Program-made: the position numbers and the translations under genes
IMG/VR virus record: IMGVR_UViG_3300027881_000007
Coordinates: 1-64,000 of that record
Direction: 5' to 3' (one strand)
DNA: 64,000 nt
Source of the DNA: a virus
In this document: piece after piece, positions 37,982 to 46,956 of the stretch
How the letters are laid out: each line of letters begins with the position of its first letter
Position numbering within the stretch: position 1 is the stretch's first letter
Notes under the pieces: generated by a model
Told to the model about the DNA's origin: nothing
What the model saw: only the letters and a program-made list of their open reading frames with translations
The model's database searches: none

Positions 37982-38162
37982 GAAAATAGTATCCCTCCAT
38001 TTTAAAGTTAGGTGGATAGTCAAACCATCTGGGTTTTATCCATACTTGGTGTCTCTTACAGTTTTGATCCCAACAGTAACGACTAGGTACCAATTCTAAC
38101 TCCCCTTTACTGTTTTGTACGGGAACGTATCCATGACCCCAATAATGCCTGTGCCACCACAT
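37965..38162 (-). CDS. small hypothetical protein
   Basis: AGGAGG RBS before MWWHRHYW. Confidence 0.55.
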   Translation of the reverse strand: MWWHRHYWGHGYVPVQNSKGELELVPSRYCWDQNCKRHQVWIKPRWFDYPPNFKMEGYYFHAQYI

Positions 38163-38164
38163 AG

Positions 38165-38533
38165 TTACCCTCCTTGTGCTCGCCTCTTCACCCATTCACC
38201 TATAGTTATATAATCGCCCTTCGACTTAGGTCCTACAGTCGCCTTCCTAGTATCTGGGTCCACACCACATGCCTCCATTACATCAGCGGGACAACAACTG
38301 TATCCAGCCTCCCTTAATACCCAATGCATAACTTGAAATTTATCAGCATCAACCATCTCATATTGCTGCATCAATAGACCTGTATATCCGCCAAACTGAT
38401 AAGACTCTCCCAACGCATGATATATCATCCTAGCTGTAATCCTAGCTGCCAACCGATTTATGCAGTTACTCTTCAATGGCCACTGAGGATCAATAGGAAA
38501 CTTAAACTTAGGATACATCAGTCTTCTCAACAT
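38165..38533 (-). CDS. hypothetical protein
   Basis: Tiled ORF with RBS. Confidence 0.65.
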   Translation of the reverse strand: MLRRLMYPKFKFPIDPQWPLKSNCINRLAARITARMIYHALGESYQFGGYTGLLMQQYEMVDADKFQVMHWVLREAGYSCCPADVMEACGVDPDTRKATVGPKSKGDYITIGEWVKRRAQGG

Positions 38534-38534
38534 A

Positions 38535-39497
38535 TCACCTTCCTACAAGAGTGTTATAATAGCAACCAACCTTACAAGACGCCAGAACTGCACACTCCTT
38601 ACACTTCTCAGATAACTCCATAATAGAGTTGGTCTTCATACGAGATCCCCTTTGAATCATATTAGTGATCTCATCCATCGTCTTAACATCACCATTATCC
38701 TTCAATATAGAACCAACTTTTATCCTCGTCTGATTGCAGTAATATAGTTCAAAATCATAGTCGATCAAACCCATATGTGTATCACCACAACAAGTTATCT
38801 TCGCAAAGTGAAGACCATCTAAATCGTGAAAACTTATCACATCCAACATATCCTGAGTATAGAAGCACATAGGCAAAACGTGATCATAACTGTGCGATAT
38901 ATTCCTCTTCCATAAGTTAGGTCCTATAGTAGTAACTACGTCAATCCACGATTCTCTATACTGGTTTAAGATATTGTCGTCAAACAAATCAACCTGTGTA
39001 TCCGGAGACAATATAATATGTACATATGGACCCAACTTCACACACTGATTTACCTTCTCAATCATCTCATCTATACCATTTAAGGGTACAACAAAGTGAA
39101 GGGACATACGACGTATAAGATCACCATACTCAGGGAACACATTGGGGTCAAATACAAAACCATTTACTGTAAACTGTAACTTGCCTTGAAAGTGATTCTT
39201 GACGACCACTCCATGTTTCGTGATCTCTTTCATCCTTGTACCATTGGTAAATATATTAACCATTCCATAGTGCTTACAGGACTCTATAACTACATCTATA
39301 AACCTAGGGTGAAGTGTAGGTTCCCCACCCATAATCTTCAACTCTTCTTGTTTTAAATGACCAGAGTTAACCTGCATAAACTTAATCAATACATCGGCAT
39401 CCATAGACCCCGTCATCCTGGCATCTGCATTGAAGCAGTGTGGACACGATGCATTACACAACTCTGTCAGAACTATCCTGTGGGCTAGTTGAATCAT
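38535..39497 (-). CDS. radical SAM protein with SPASM-like C-terminus
   Basis: CNASCPHC (CxxxCxxC), GGEPTLHP, FTNG; C-terminal CKECAVLASCKVGC. Confidence 0.92.
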   Translation of the reverse strand: MIQLAHRIVLTELCNASCPHCFNADARMTGSMDADVLIKFMQVNSGHLKQEELKIMGGEPTLHPRFIDVVIESCKHYGMVNIFTNGTRMKEITKHGVVVKNHFQGKLQFTVNGFVFDPNVFPEYGDLIRRMSLHFVVPLNGIDEMIEKVNQCVKLGPYVHIILSPDTQVDLFDDNILNQYRESWIDVVTTIGPNLWKRNISHSYDHVLPMCFYTQDMLDVISFHDLDGLHFAKITCCGDTHMGLIDYDFELYYCNQTRIKVGSILKDNGDVKTMDEITNMIQRGSRMKTNSIMELSEKCKECAVLASCKVGCYYNTLVGR

Positions 39498-39877
39498 GTT
39501 GTAACCTTACTCTTCTTAGATGGTACCCCATCATATTCATCTAACTTCTCCAAACCCTCTAATATAAGCAAATGTCCTAGATCACGTCCGTCGAGTAATA
39601 TAACATCGGCAACATAGCGATCATACATACCTGCATAATAGGTTCTCAATATAACCTCTTTACCTTCGATGAGGTCTTTGACAAATACAGATGCCTGATT
39701 CCCGTGTGCTTTCTCTGCTTCATTGACAGGTCTAAAGGTCTCAGGCGTATCAACTATGTGAAGTCTAAACCTACCCTTAAACCTAATCCTGAAACCAAGG
39801 TCCACATCAGCGTCATATGTATCACCATCCACAACCCTTGTAATCAACGCCTTATATTCCCATCTAAAATCTTTCAT
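39494..39877 (-). CDS. thermonuclease (SNase-like)
   Basis: RVVDGDT, RL..VDTPE and YDRYVA. Confidence 0.9.
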   Translation of the reverse strand: MKDFRWEYKALITRVVDGDTYDADVDLGFRIRFKGRFRLHIVDTPETFRPVNEAEKAHGNQASVFVKDLIEGKEVILRTYYAGMYDRYVADVILLDGRDLGHLLILEGLEKLDEYDGVPSKKSKVTT

Positions 39878-39966
39878 TCACTCTCCTCCATCAATGACAT
39901 TTACAACATATAAACTTACACTTCCCTTTCGGCTTTAGTATAACGTCAGGCATATATATGAAATTC

Positions 39967-40134
39967 TCAATTTTCACATACATTGAGTTTGCCCTCCGGT
40001 ATTCGCATAAATTCATTCTTGTAGAATTGGAAGTGTTCATTACACTCAGGACAATGAACACATATAGTAGCACCTCTATCGGTTTCCCAATAAAAGGTAG
40101 TCTTACACTCAAGGCATGTAAAGGTACATATCAT
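39967..40134 (-). CDS. 55-aa zinc-ribbon protein (not in ORF track)
   Basis: ATGA overlap with the upstream stop; MICTFTCLEC...HCPEC...VCEN*. Confidence 0.6.
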   Translation of the reverse strand: MICTFTCLECKTTFYWETDRGATICVHCPECNEHFQFYKNEFMRIPEGKLNVCEN

Positions 40135-40322
40135 ATTTCACTCATCCACTTCTTGATCTCTTCCTCGCTATATCCTTCAGGAAACGAACAATATTTAGAT
40201 GCCCAAGGAGCCATCTTTGCTATTAACTCCTTATCCTTCTTAGACAGGATTATCATTATAGGTTGTTCATTTGAATCAAATACTTTGTTCCCAACTTTCA
40301 CTTCCATATTCAGTTGCTCCAT
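40131..40322 (-). CDS. small hypothetical protein
   Basis: Tiled ORF (VKVGNKVFDSNEQPIMIIL). Confidence 0.6.
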   Translation of the reverse strand: MEQLNMEVKVGNKVFDSNEQPIMIILSKKDKELIAKMAPWASKYCSFPEGYSEEEIKKWMSEI

Positions 40323-40324
40323 AA

Positions 40325-40341
40325 ATAGACAGACAGTAGGT
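40325..40341. repeat. 17-bp perfect inverted repeat arm, 3' of gene 40348-40647
   Basis: atagacagacagtaggt is the exact reverse complement of 40674-40690. Confidence 0.85.
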
Positions 40342-40347
40342 TAAAGT

Positions 40348-40647
40348 TTACGAACCGAGTATCTTCTCTATCGTCTTACCCTCATCATTACACAAGTAGG
40401 CATATGTATCGAAGGCAACAGTAAACTCCTCATTATCTGTTCTCCTACAACACAGAACAACGTATTTATACGGTTCAGTTGTAGGTCCATGTATCCTATC
40501 CAACAGAGTTATGTCATAGTCAAGTTTATCTGGGGCAGCAATTTCTAGACTAGTTATCTCCTTGATCTTAGATACACTGACCTTCCTTATTTCATCCAAT
40601 ATCCACCATTCCTGATTGTCTCGCTCTCTCCTTACCTTTAGTATCAT
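40348..40647 (-). CDS. hypothetical protein with C-terminal AYLCNDEGKTIE motif
   Basis: GGAGG RBS before MILKV. Confidence 0.75.
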   Translation of the reverse strand: MILKVRRERDNQEWWILDEIRKVSVSKIKEITSLEIAAPDKLDYDITLLDRIHGPTTEPYKYVVLCCRRTDNEEFTVAFDTYAYLCNDEGKTIEKILGS

Positions 40648-40673
40648 GTCTACCTCCTGCATGTCTGATGTCT

Positions 40674-40690
40674 ACCTACTGTCTGTCTAT
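40674..40690. repeat. 17-bp perfect inverted repeat arm, 5' of gene 40348-40647
   Basis: acctactgtctgtctat. Confidence 0.85.
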
Positions 40691-40698
40691 ATCAATAG

Positions 40699-41307
40699 TT
40701 AATGGTTATAATCAGCATTTAGTTCTTTAGAATACATATCAGATTCTGATAATGGTACATCTGGCATATACCTATCCATTAAGTATTCATATCTCGTCCA
40801 AAATTCTCCACCATGCTTATTCCTCTTACCTATACAGGTATCAATGTGAGCTATCTCATGAAGTATCAACCTCTTTATACTCTTTGCCTTAGGGCCTACG
40901 TTTATAACCTTTCTCTCCAACCAACAAAACCCCTCAGAGGAGTCCTTATTATACCACTCTAGAGTCCACCCCCTATGACCAAGGTCTGAGATAACTCTAT
41001 CGAACAACATCCTACCTCTCCACTTATTCACCTCTCTAACTAGTTCGTCACATTGATCATATATAGAGTCCCACACTTTATGAGTTATACTATCCCCTAG
41101 TAACCTATATATCAACCAATGTCCCAACTCATGTAATAGTATAGGTACACGAGTCCATTCACTAGTCGCTAAATCCTTCCTCACAAAGATAGTATTTGAC
41201 GCTGGGTGATATGCTGCCTTTTCATATGGAATCCACTTAGGCAGGCGTTTAACATACAGAATTTTCAGCTTCTTCACTCGTCCATCTGCTCCTATCGCTT
41301 GCCCCAT
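40699..41307 (-). CDS. double HEXXH zincin-like metalloprotein
   Basis: LLHELGH and ILHEIAH...HGGEF (SprT-like). Confidence 0.7.
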   Translation of the reverse strand: MGQAIGADGRVKKLKILYVKRLPKWIPYEKAAYHPASNTIFVRKDLATSEWTRVPILLHELGHWLIYRLLGDSITHKVWDSIYDQCDELVREVNKWRGRMLFDRVISDLGHRGWTLEWYNKDSSEGFCWLERKVINVGPKAKSIKRLILHEIAHIDTCIGKRNKHGGEFWTRYEYLMDRYMPDVPLSESDMYSKELNADYNH

Positions 41308-41474
41308 AGTTTCCGTTGTCCTTTCATGCCCACATAGGCAAAGTTATCATTCAAGAAAGAGTGTATCTTAAAGGCAATCCTAGGAGGTAAATTAACAATA
41401 CGCCTACCAGATGGGGTATATAGCACACCATTTGAAGAGCAACCACATAGACCGTAGAATAGTTTCAGTTTCAT
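41292..41474 (-). CDS. small hypothetical protein
   Basis: GGAGG RBS, coupled to neighbours. Confidence 0.5.
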   Translation of the reverse strand: MKLKLFYGLCGCSSNGVLYTPSGRRIVNLPPRIAFKIHSFLNDNFAYVGMKGQRKLWGKR

Positions 41475-41998
41475 ATCTCATTAACCTCCTTCTGCACAAG
41501 ACAATGATCAGTCTTTTCAATAATCTGAAATTCTCGAGTCCCCTCCCATGTTAAATCAGAAGAAGGTATATCTTCTAGATAATAGTAACAGCATGCAGGC
41601 GACCATTTCAGTACACTTGGGTCTGTCTTAACCTTACATATAATATGAATCAAACCAAACTTATTATCTGCTGTTTTAACATTCCTTGCCCACCTAAATT
41701 CAAAACCAGGTTTAACCGTCCTCACATTAGTCATATAGAGCATAGGTTGCTTACCAACAATAGGTATATCGCCTTCCTCTTTGGCCCTTGCAATAAAGGT
41801 TGATAAAGTAAGTCCCTCACGCTCAATCAATGGAACATATTGAGGTCTAGTAGCATGATACAAAAACATATGGGATTCAGTTTCAAGTATACGCTTACAC
41901 AGAGTTGCTTGCCTAAGGTCATAGTACTCCAACCACCTAACGACCTCATCTCCAGAGTCTTCCTTTAGGGTATATAGATAATCATCAACAGCCTTCAT
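41471..41998 (-). CDS. ADP-ribosyltransferase-fold protein with capsid-targeting-like leader
   Basis: LYHAT...IEREGL...LYMT...IP pattern of the ART/Tpt1 fold; leader VDDYLYTLKE. Confidence 0.6.
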   Translation of the reverse strand: MKAVDDYLYTLKEDSGDEVVRWLEYYDLRQATLCKRILETESHMFLYHATRPQYVPLIEREGLTLSTFIARAKEEGDIPIVGKQPMLYMTNVRTVKPGFEFRWARNVKTADNKFGLIHIICKVKTDPSVLKWSPACCYYYLEDIPSSDLTWEGTREFQIIEKTDHCLVQKEVNEI

Positions 41999-42163
41999 GT
42001 ATCATCCTCCTACTTCCTCAGTTCTATCGCCAGAGAATCACTCCCAAATATGGCCACAGTCTCGTGTTACCAAAAACACAAAAAGCCAAATTGTAAAAGT
42101 TCCATCTTGCTTTTTTAACCAAGTCTTCTTGCTGACAATGAATACACATGATTTTTACTCCTC

Positions 42164-42349
42164 CTATTTAGGTGGCCAAAAAAACTTCCTCAACCAATCA
42201 AGGAACATAACAATAGTAATGATACCACATATAAGGGATCCCCAAGCCATCACTTCTGCTGATAAAGGAGGAGGTCCTATCTTTCCAATAGGCATATTCG
42301 GATATAGTACACCTTCCCAAAACCTTGTTAGGTGGTCTATAAAGTTCAT
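42164..42349 (-). CDS. small membrane protein
   Basis: AGGAGG RBS, one TM segment. Confidence 0.55.
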   Translation of the reverse strand: MNFIDHLTRFWEGVLYPNMPIGKIGPPPLSAEVMAWGSLICGIITIVMFLDWLRKFFWPPK

Positions 42350-42360
42350 ATATCATCCTC

Positions 42361-42867
42361 CTATACAGTTACCTTTTTCAACTTTCCTCCAACCTTACCT
42401 ATATACTTATTAACCTTGGCCTTGCACTTAGTGGGATCCTTCGACTTATCACATGCTTTGATTGCTTGTTTAAGATCCAACAATTGTTGACTCAATGCAT
42501 TAATTCTATACTGTTTCATACATGCCGTTTTTTCTTCACCTGACCTATTAGCACATGCCTTAGACGCTGGACTATATTTAGCCTTATATAGTTTATATGA
42601 AAGATAGACCAACAACGCTGCTACAGCTATACCACCTATAGCGGTACCATATTTCCCAAAAAATGAAACGGATGATTTAGCATCAGGATATATCTTCCTT
42701 GCATTATCTTCCATTTGCTTAACCCATTCCCAGTCTACCTTAGGGTCAAGGTCTACATCCCCGGGTTTCATTGTTACATCTATTTCATCATAGTCCCACT
42801 CTATCTTTTCATCTAACATTAAGTACATCACATATTGGTCTATAATTAGTGATTCATATGACGGCAT
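42361..42867 (-). CDS. TM plus 4-Cys basic helical protein, paralogue of 35527-35874
   Basis: ASKAC..SGEEKTAC...KACDKSKDPTKCKAK aligns with AARTC..TGLDKTKC...GMCGKDKNPEACKAK. Confidence 0.7.
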   Translation of the reverse strand: MPSYESLIIDQYVMYLMLDEKIEWDYDEIDVTMKPGDVDLDPKVDWEWVKQMEDNARKIYPDAKSSVSFFGKYGTAIGGIAVAALLVYLSYKLYKAKYSPASKACANRSGEEKTACMKQYRINALSQQLLDLKQAIKACDKSKDPTKCKAKVNKYIGKVGGKLKKVTV

Positions 42868-42876
42868 ATAATCCTC

Positions 42877-43119
42877 CTATACTAGTTGCTCCATAGCGTC
42901 AATAATACCTCGTATATTAGTGCGACTATTAAGACAATCACATGGGGGTCTGCCAACACAATCACAAAAGGTTACCACCTGACAGTAAGGACACTTATAC
43001 CATACAGTCAACCTTTTATTACACCTTATACAGTTGACCTCATAATCCCTATCACCTAACTCATTGTCAATCATACGGACATTGAAAAGATGTTCATCCT
43101 GAGTATCAATCATATACAT
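42877..43119 (-). CDS. 8-Cys zinc-finger protein, triplet copy 3
   Basis: CIRC..CPYC..FCDC..CDC. Confidence 0.7.
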   Translation of the reverse strand: MYMIDTQDEHLFNVRMIDNELGDRDYEVNCIRCNKRLTVWYKCPYCQVVTFCDCVGRPPCDCLNSRTNIRGIIDAMEQLV

Positions 43120-43381
43120 GACCCCTACTAAGTATATCTTCTTTCAACTGTTTAGCTCCACACATTATAACCATATAATTCATACGTTCAATAAGGCATC
43201 TAATTTCTTTAGTCGTGGTCATACACCTACATACATATCCTGTGCAGTCACCACAGAAATATACCTTCTTACATGACGGACAATTAAAGCGATCCCCTGT
43301 ACGCATACCACAGTTGATGCAATATACAATCTCATCAATATCATCTATGATAATTAATTTTGCAGTTTTGCCTTTGATCAT
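43106..43381 (-). CDS. 8-Cys zinc-finger protein, triplet copy 2
   Basis: CINC..CPSC..FCGDC..CRC. Confidence 0.7.
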   Translation of the reverse strand: MIKGKTAKLIIIDDIDEIVYCINCGMRTGDRFNCPSCKKVYFCGDCTGYVCRCMTTTKEIRCLIERMNYMVIMCGAKQLKEDILSRGHVYD

Positions 43382-43390
43382 ATACGACCC

Positions 43391-43606
43391 CTACAGATTC
43401 AGTTGCTTCATCTCCTCAATAGTCTCTCTCAATATATTAATGAGAGTATCAGAACATCCACACAAAGGTTCTGCATGACAATCACAGAAATATACACTCC
43501 CACATTGAGGACAAGTATACCAATCCTCTACTGGTTCATTACACCTCATACAGTATAGTACAGTATCATCTATAATGGTTAAGTCTGGAGTTTCGCCCTT
43601 GATCAT
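43391..43606 (-). CDS. 8-Cys zinc-finger protein, triplet copy 1
   Basis: CMRC..CPQC..FCDC..CGC. Confidence 0.7.
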   Translation of the reverse strand: MIKGETPDLTIIDDTVLYCMRCNEPVEDWYTCPQCGSVYFCDCHAEPLCGCSDTLINILRETIEEMKQLNL

Positions 43607-43615
43607 ATATGACTC

Positions 43616-44419
43616 CTATATAGTTGGTGCTTTCTCTGGCCACTGCCCCATAGTGGGTTGTCCGGGCGGTATAACTTCTTCCTCTTGGGGTTTTGTATTT
43701 GAGGTTATATTTGTATTTTGTTCCTGTGGGGTATTTATTTGACCTATATGTTCAGTGTGTTCAGGGTCTTTTATGTAGGGTTTGTCAGAATCGAAGGGAG
43801 ACTGTTCCTTTTTGGACCTTTTGGAATTGAAGTATTCCTTTAGTTCAGGCGTGAGGTGGTGTAAACGGTTATTTGCGGATAGCATATCGAGCATATGGAT
43901 GAAGTGTACATATGGGTGGTAATCACGGAAGTTAAATTCGTCGGCATTCTTGACATCTGTAGACCATCGTCCTTGATGGAAGCGTAAACAGTCTTCTAGA
44001 ATGTCGTACATATCATCGGAATATAGTTGGAGGATGATTTCTCGGTTTTTCCTGAGCTTTTGTGCTGCGATCAAGTCGTGAGCATTTGCAGTATGAGATC
44101 GTTCTGTTGGATTTTCTCCATATTTCCAAGCGTCGTGCAACGCAATTGACAGGCATATGATGTCTGCATCAACTGATTTCGGTTCTGCTCCATACATCCT
44201 CATTACTTTAGTTGCTGCGTATAACATTTCATATGTATGCTCGATAACTGTCGGAACTCGCCCATCATCCTTATTGTGGTATTTCCCAGTTGACGAAGTT
44301 GGGCGTTGCCATATCGAATATATCTTAGTCAGCATTGCAGTCCACAACTTGAATCCATCCTCTGTCATGTTCTCTTTCAATAGATCATTCATCTCAGCTT
44401 CATAGTTCATGGTTGTCAT
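43616..44419 (-). CDS. HD-domain phosphohydrolase
   Basis: SSTGKYH, EHT, LHDAWKYG, FHQGRW and LDMLS. Confidence 0.85.
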   Translation of the reverse strand: MTTMNYEAEMNDLLKENMTEDGFKLWTAMLTKIYSIWQRPTSSTGKYHNKDDGRVPTVIEHTYEMLYAATKVMRMYGAEPKSVDADIICLSIALHDAWKYGENPTERSHTANAHDLIAAQKLRKNREIILQLYSDDMYDILEDCLRFHQGRWSTDVKNADEFNFRDYHPYVHFIHMLDMLSANNRLHHLTPELKEYFNSKRSKKEQSPFDSDKPYIKDPEHTEHIGQINTPQEQNTNITSNTKPQEEEVIPPGQPTMGQWPEKAPTI

Positions 44420-44491
44420 CCTCCCTTTCAGAGTTTCAAATTAATTCTATGTTTGCCTATGGCAACAGGTATTCAGAGTCTCATATCGCGT

Positions 44492-44522
44492 TATATACGC
44501 CGCTATATACACCGCTATACAT
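44492..44522. repeat. short 12-bp tandem repeat in an intergenic region
   Basis: TATATACGCCGC TATATACACCGC TATACAT. Confidence 0.55.
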
Positions 44523-44552
44523 AAACAACTGTTTACAAACATAAATTATTGT

Positions 44553-44876
44553 TTATGTCATCTTGTATGGATCAACTATAAGCCATTGCTCATACTCCCA
44601 CCGCCTCATATTAACTAATACATCACAATTGTCGTCGGTTCTAATAAAGATCCATCTTCGGGTGAAACCAGTTATGACCCCACGCTTACCTCTAACCTCT
44701 ACCTTCACATTAATGCTCAGTCTCTTATTGACCATGAAGTAGAAGTATGCGACCATGCTATCAATAAAGTTCTTGAGAGCTAACATGACTCCAAATGCAA
44801 TAAGAGTTTGAAATAGGAACCACCATAGTTGCGGTTTAACTGCTGTCATTATTTCCATCATCTCCTTCTGTCCCAT
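44553..44876 (-). CDS. small membrane protein resembling the MscS TM plus beta domain
   Basis: Hydrophobic N-half, then VEVRGKRGVITGF...IRTDD. Confidence 0.5.
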   Translation of the reverse strand: MGQKEMMEIMTAVKPQLWWFLFQTLIAFGVMLALKNFIDSMVAYFYFMVNKRLSINVKVEVRGKRGVITGFTRRWIFIRTDDNCDVLVNMRRWEYEQWLIVDPYKMT

Positions 44877-45258
44877 AACATATCTCCTTCTCTCTTAAGT
44901 ATTCTTTTACTATCTGTATAACTCGACTTCGTATGTCATTGAGCATTTTCTTAGTTCTTAGATGTTTTGGTTGATAAAGAGTCTCGTCGTCATAGAATTC
45001 CTGACCAATTCGTGAGTAAATCTCTTTTAAATGCTCACAAGACTCTGAACAGTTTACATATATTAGGCACTGTGAGCAAATTAGGTCATTTATCGGATCT
45101 GATAGGTTTTTCACTGTTGAGTCGATTTTGACCTGCTCACGTGGATCCTGCGTAAAAATTTTCTTTCTAATCATGGTGCATCCAACCGCCGCCTTTTCTA
45201 ACTTTTTATCTGGATGAGATTTTTTTATGGATCGGTCATACCCAATCTTGTATAGCAC
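44836..45258 (-). CDS. CxxCx5Cx3C family protein
   Basis: CSQCLIYVNCSESC. Confidence 0.7.
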   Translation of the reverse strand: MLYKIGYDRSIKKSHPDKKLEKAAVGCTMIRKKIFTQDPREQVKIDSTVKNLSDPINDLICSQCLIYVNCSESCEHLKEIYSRIGQEFYDDETLYQPKHLRTKKMLNDIRSRVIQIVKEYLREKEICYGTEGDDGNNDSS

Positions 45259-45476
45259 TAATTTTTTCCATCATGTAAGAGAATGATCCAGATGAAGGGG
45301 ATTAAGATAATAAGGAGCGTCATACAAACAATTAACTTAACGGGTTCCTTTAAAGCTCCTCTTCTCTCCTCTTGTCGCTCATACTTCCTCTTATCCTCAC
45401 AGGATATAGAACAAGCAGATATAATTAAGCAAGCGGGACAAGGATCCCTCAGTCGGGTAAACATCCACTTTTTCAT
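45258..45476 (-). CDS. CxxCx5Cx3C family protein with C-terminal TM
   Basis: CPACLIISACSISC and a hydrophobic tail. Confidence 0.7.
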   Translation of the reverse strand: MKKWMFTRLRDPCPACLIISACSISCEDKRKYERQEERRGALKEPVKLIVCMTLLIILIPFIWIILLHDGKN

Positions 45477-45710
45477 ACTCAAGATCCCACGAATTTTTTA
45501 GTATCCAATTTTTCACCCTATATAGGAGTTTCAACTCCATCTTCATCCACCTTAGAGTCCATATAGAAAATCAAACCCCCACATATAATCATATGGATAA
45601 AGAAAGCATTCCATAGACCCATAACAGGTAGACTAATGAAAATAGCAATTGCCATATTCAATACCACCAGGGTTATCCAAGGGTAGAACCACATTCAGTC
45701 TTCCCCCTCC

Positions 45711-46145
45711 CTACCTTATACCATTAATTATGTCATAATTCTTCTTCACAAAAGCAAGGGCCTTCTTTTTACCCTTCTCCTCCAACTTCCTCATTAATAC
45801 CTTAACTTTCTCATCCTTGTCTTTCAACCCTTGCATATTTTTATCTAATAGTTCATTATACTTTTTCTTCTTCTCAGGATCTGTGGTCTTAGTGATCACT
45901 TTCTTAAGGGCACTAATGGCACATCTCTGGTGACATAGGATTCCTAACTTGCCACTCTTTGACATATACTGAACATATAGCATCCCCGGAAGGGTACCTA
46001 ATAGGAATCCTGTTGCTGTCTTGGTACTCAACTTTAGTAGTTTATCACACCTTCTATTACATGGTATGACCTCTTTCATAAATTCTTTGCCATAATATGC
46101 TTCATGTATGTATAACTGTTCTAAATAGGTATCCATTATTTCCAT
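45711..46145 (-). CDS. putative capsid-internal protein (TM plus basic helix)
   Basis: GGAGGAG RBS before MEIMDTYLEQLYIHE leader. Confidence 0.6.
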   Translation of the reverse strand: MEIMDTYLEQLYIHEAYYGKEFMKEVIPCNRRCDKLLKLSTKTATGFLLGTLPGMLYVQYMSKSGKLGILCHQRCAISALKKVITKTTDPEKKKKYNELLDKNMQGLKDKDEKVKVLMRKLEEKGKKKALAFVKKNYDIINGIR

Positions 46146-46146
46146 C

Positions 46147-46335
46147 TTAACTCCTCCCCCTCCCCCTGTCCTCAATCCAATAAGGGGAATCCTCATCTAT
46201 ATTCAATAGTTTACCACAATGGTTACAGTATGCAGGGTACCCATCCATTACATAGGAAAATGTGTGCATACTCATACCTTTACATAGGGAGCAGACAAAT
46301 TTATCCAACCTCTCATAGTCTACAGCTTCTTTCAA
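46147..46335 (-). CDS. small zinc-ribbon protein
   Basis: CSLC...CNHC; GGAGG RBS with GTG start. Confidence 0.55.
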   Translation of the reverse strand: MKEAVDYERLDKFVCSLCKGMSMHTFSYVMDGYPAYCNHCGKLLNIDEDSPYWIEDRGRGRS

Positions 46336-46365
46336 TTTTTCACCTCCCTCTCCTTAGAACAATCC

Positions 46366-46821
46366 TTAAATGGTCATCTCTATATTCATTACTGTATCAG
46401 GATGCAATATCATATCGTCTTTGTTTATATGCCAATAGTCTTTAGTAGTACCACCAAACTTACGGGACATACCATCCCAATCTGCAATCATCTGTTTAAC
46501 ATACTTCATTGGCATAGGTATGGGGATTATCTCGTCTTTCCTAGTTACACTGACCCAATAATTCCAGTGGTGTTTATTTCTCTTTTGATGCCTTAACCAA
46601 CCCAACTGAAAGTTCATATTGTGTTCGTCAGACTGTTTGTACTCCTCGGTGCGATTTGTCTCATTAAAAAACCTTGCATATGGAATAAACTCTGACGGCA
46701 GAAACTTTGATAAATCATGGGTTATGCCATGGATGAATTGCCTAGACTTGACACACTCTATAAATACATTCCATTTATGCTCACACACATACCAAAAGTA
46801 TCTCCAGTACATACTACTCAA
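46366..46821 (-). CDS. DUF5662-like HD-related protein
   Basis: HKWNV, HDLSKF, HQKRNKHH and MIADW. Confidence 0.8.
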   Translation of the reverse strand: MSSMYWRYFWYVCEHKWNVFIECVKSRQFIHGITHDLSKFLPSEFIPYARFFNETNRTEEYKQSDEHNMNFQLGWLRHQKRNKHHWNYWVSVTRKDEIIPIPMPMKYVKQMIADWDGMSRKFGGTTKDYWHINKDDMILHPDTVMNIEMTI

Positions 46822-46956
46822 CCTCTTGTTCTCTTATATCAGAACAATCCTCACAGGTATATTCCATCTCCTCTCCTACAAGGAAACATACCACAGGTTC
46901 ATTACTTATCATAGGGTCTATCTGTTTATTACAGTCAGAACAGTTCACATTAACTC

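Noticed and set aside
39891-40112. ORF-track 73-aa ORF, and a possible third selenoprotein via CEN-TGA at 39967 (CxxU)
   Set aside because: The better gene is the 55-aa zinc ribbon 39967-40134. After its TGA there is only an AT palindrome without a G loop, and a second TGA follows 7 codons later, so Sec readthrough is unsupported
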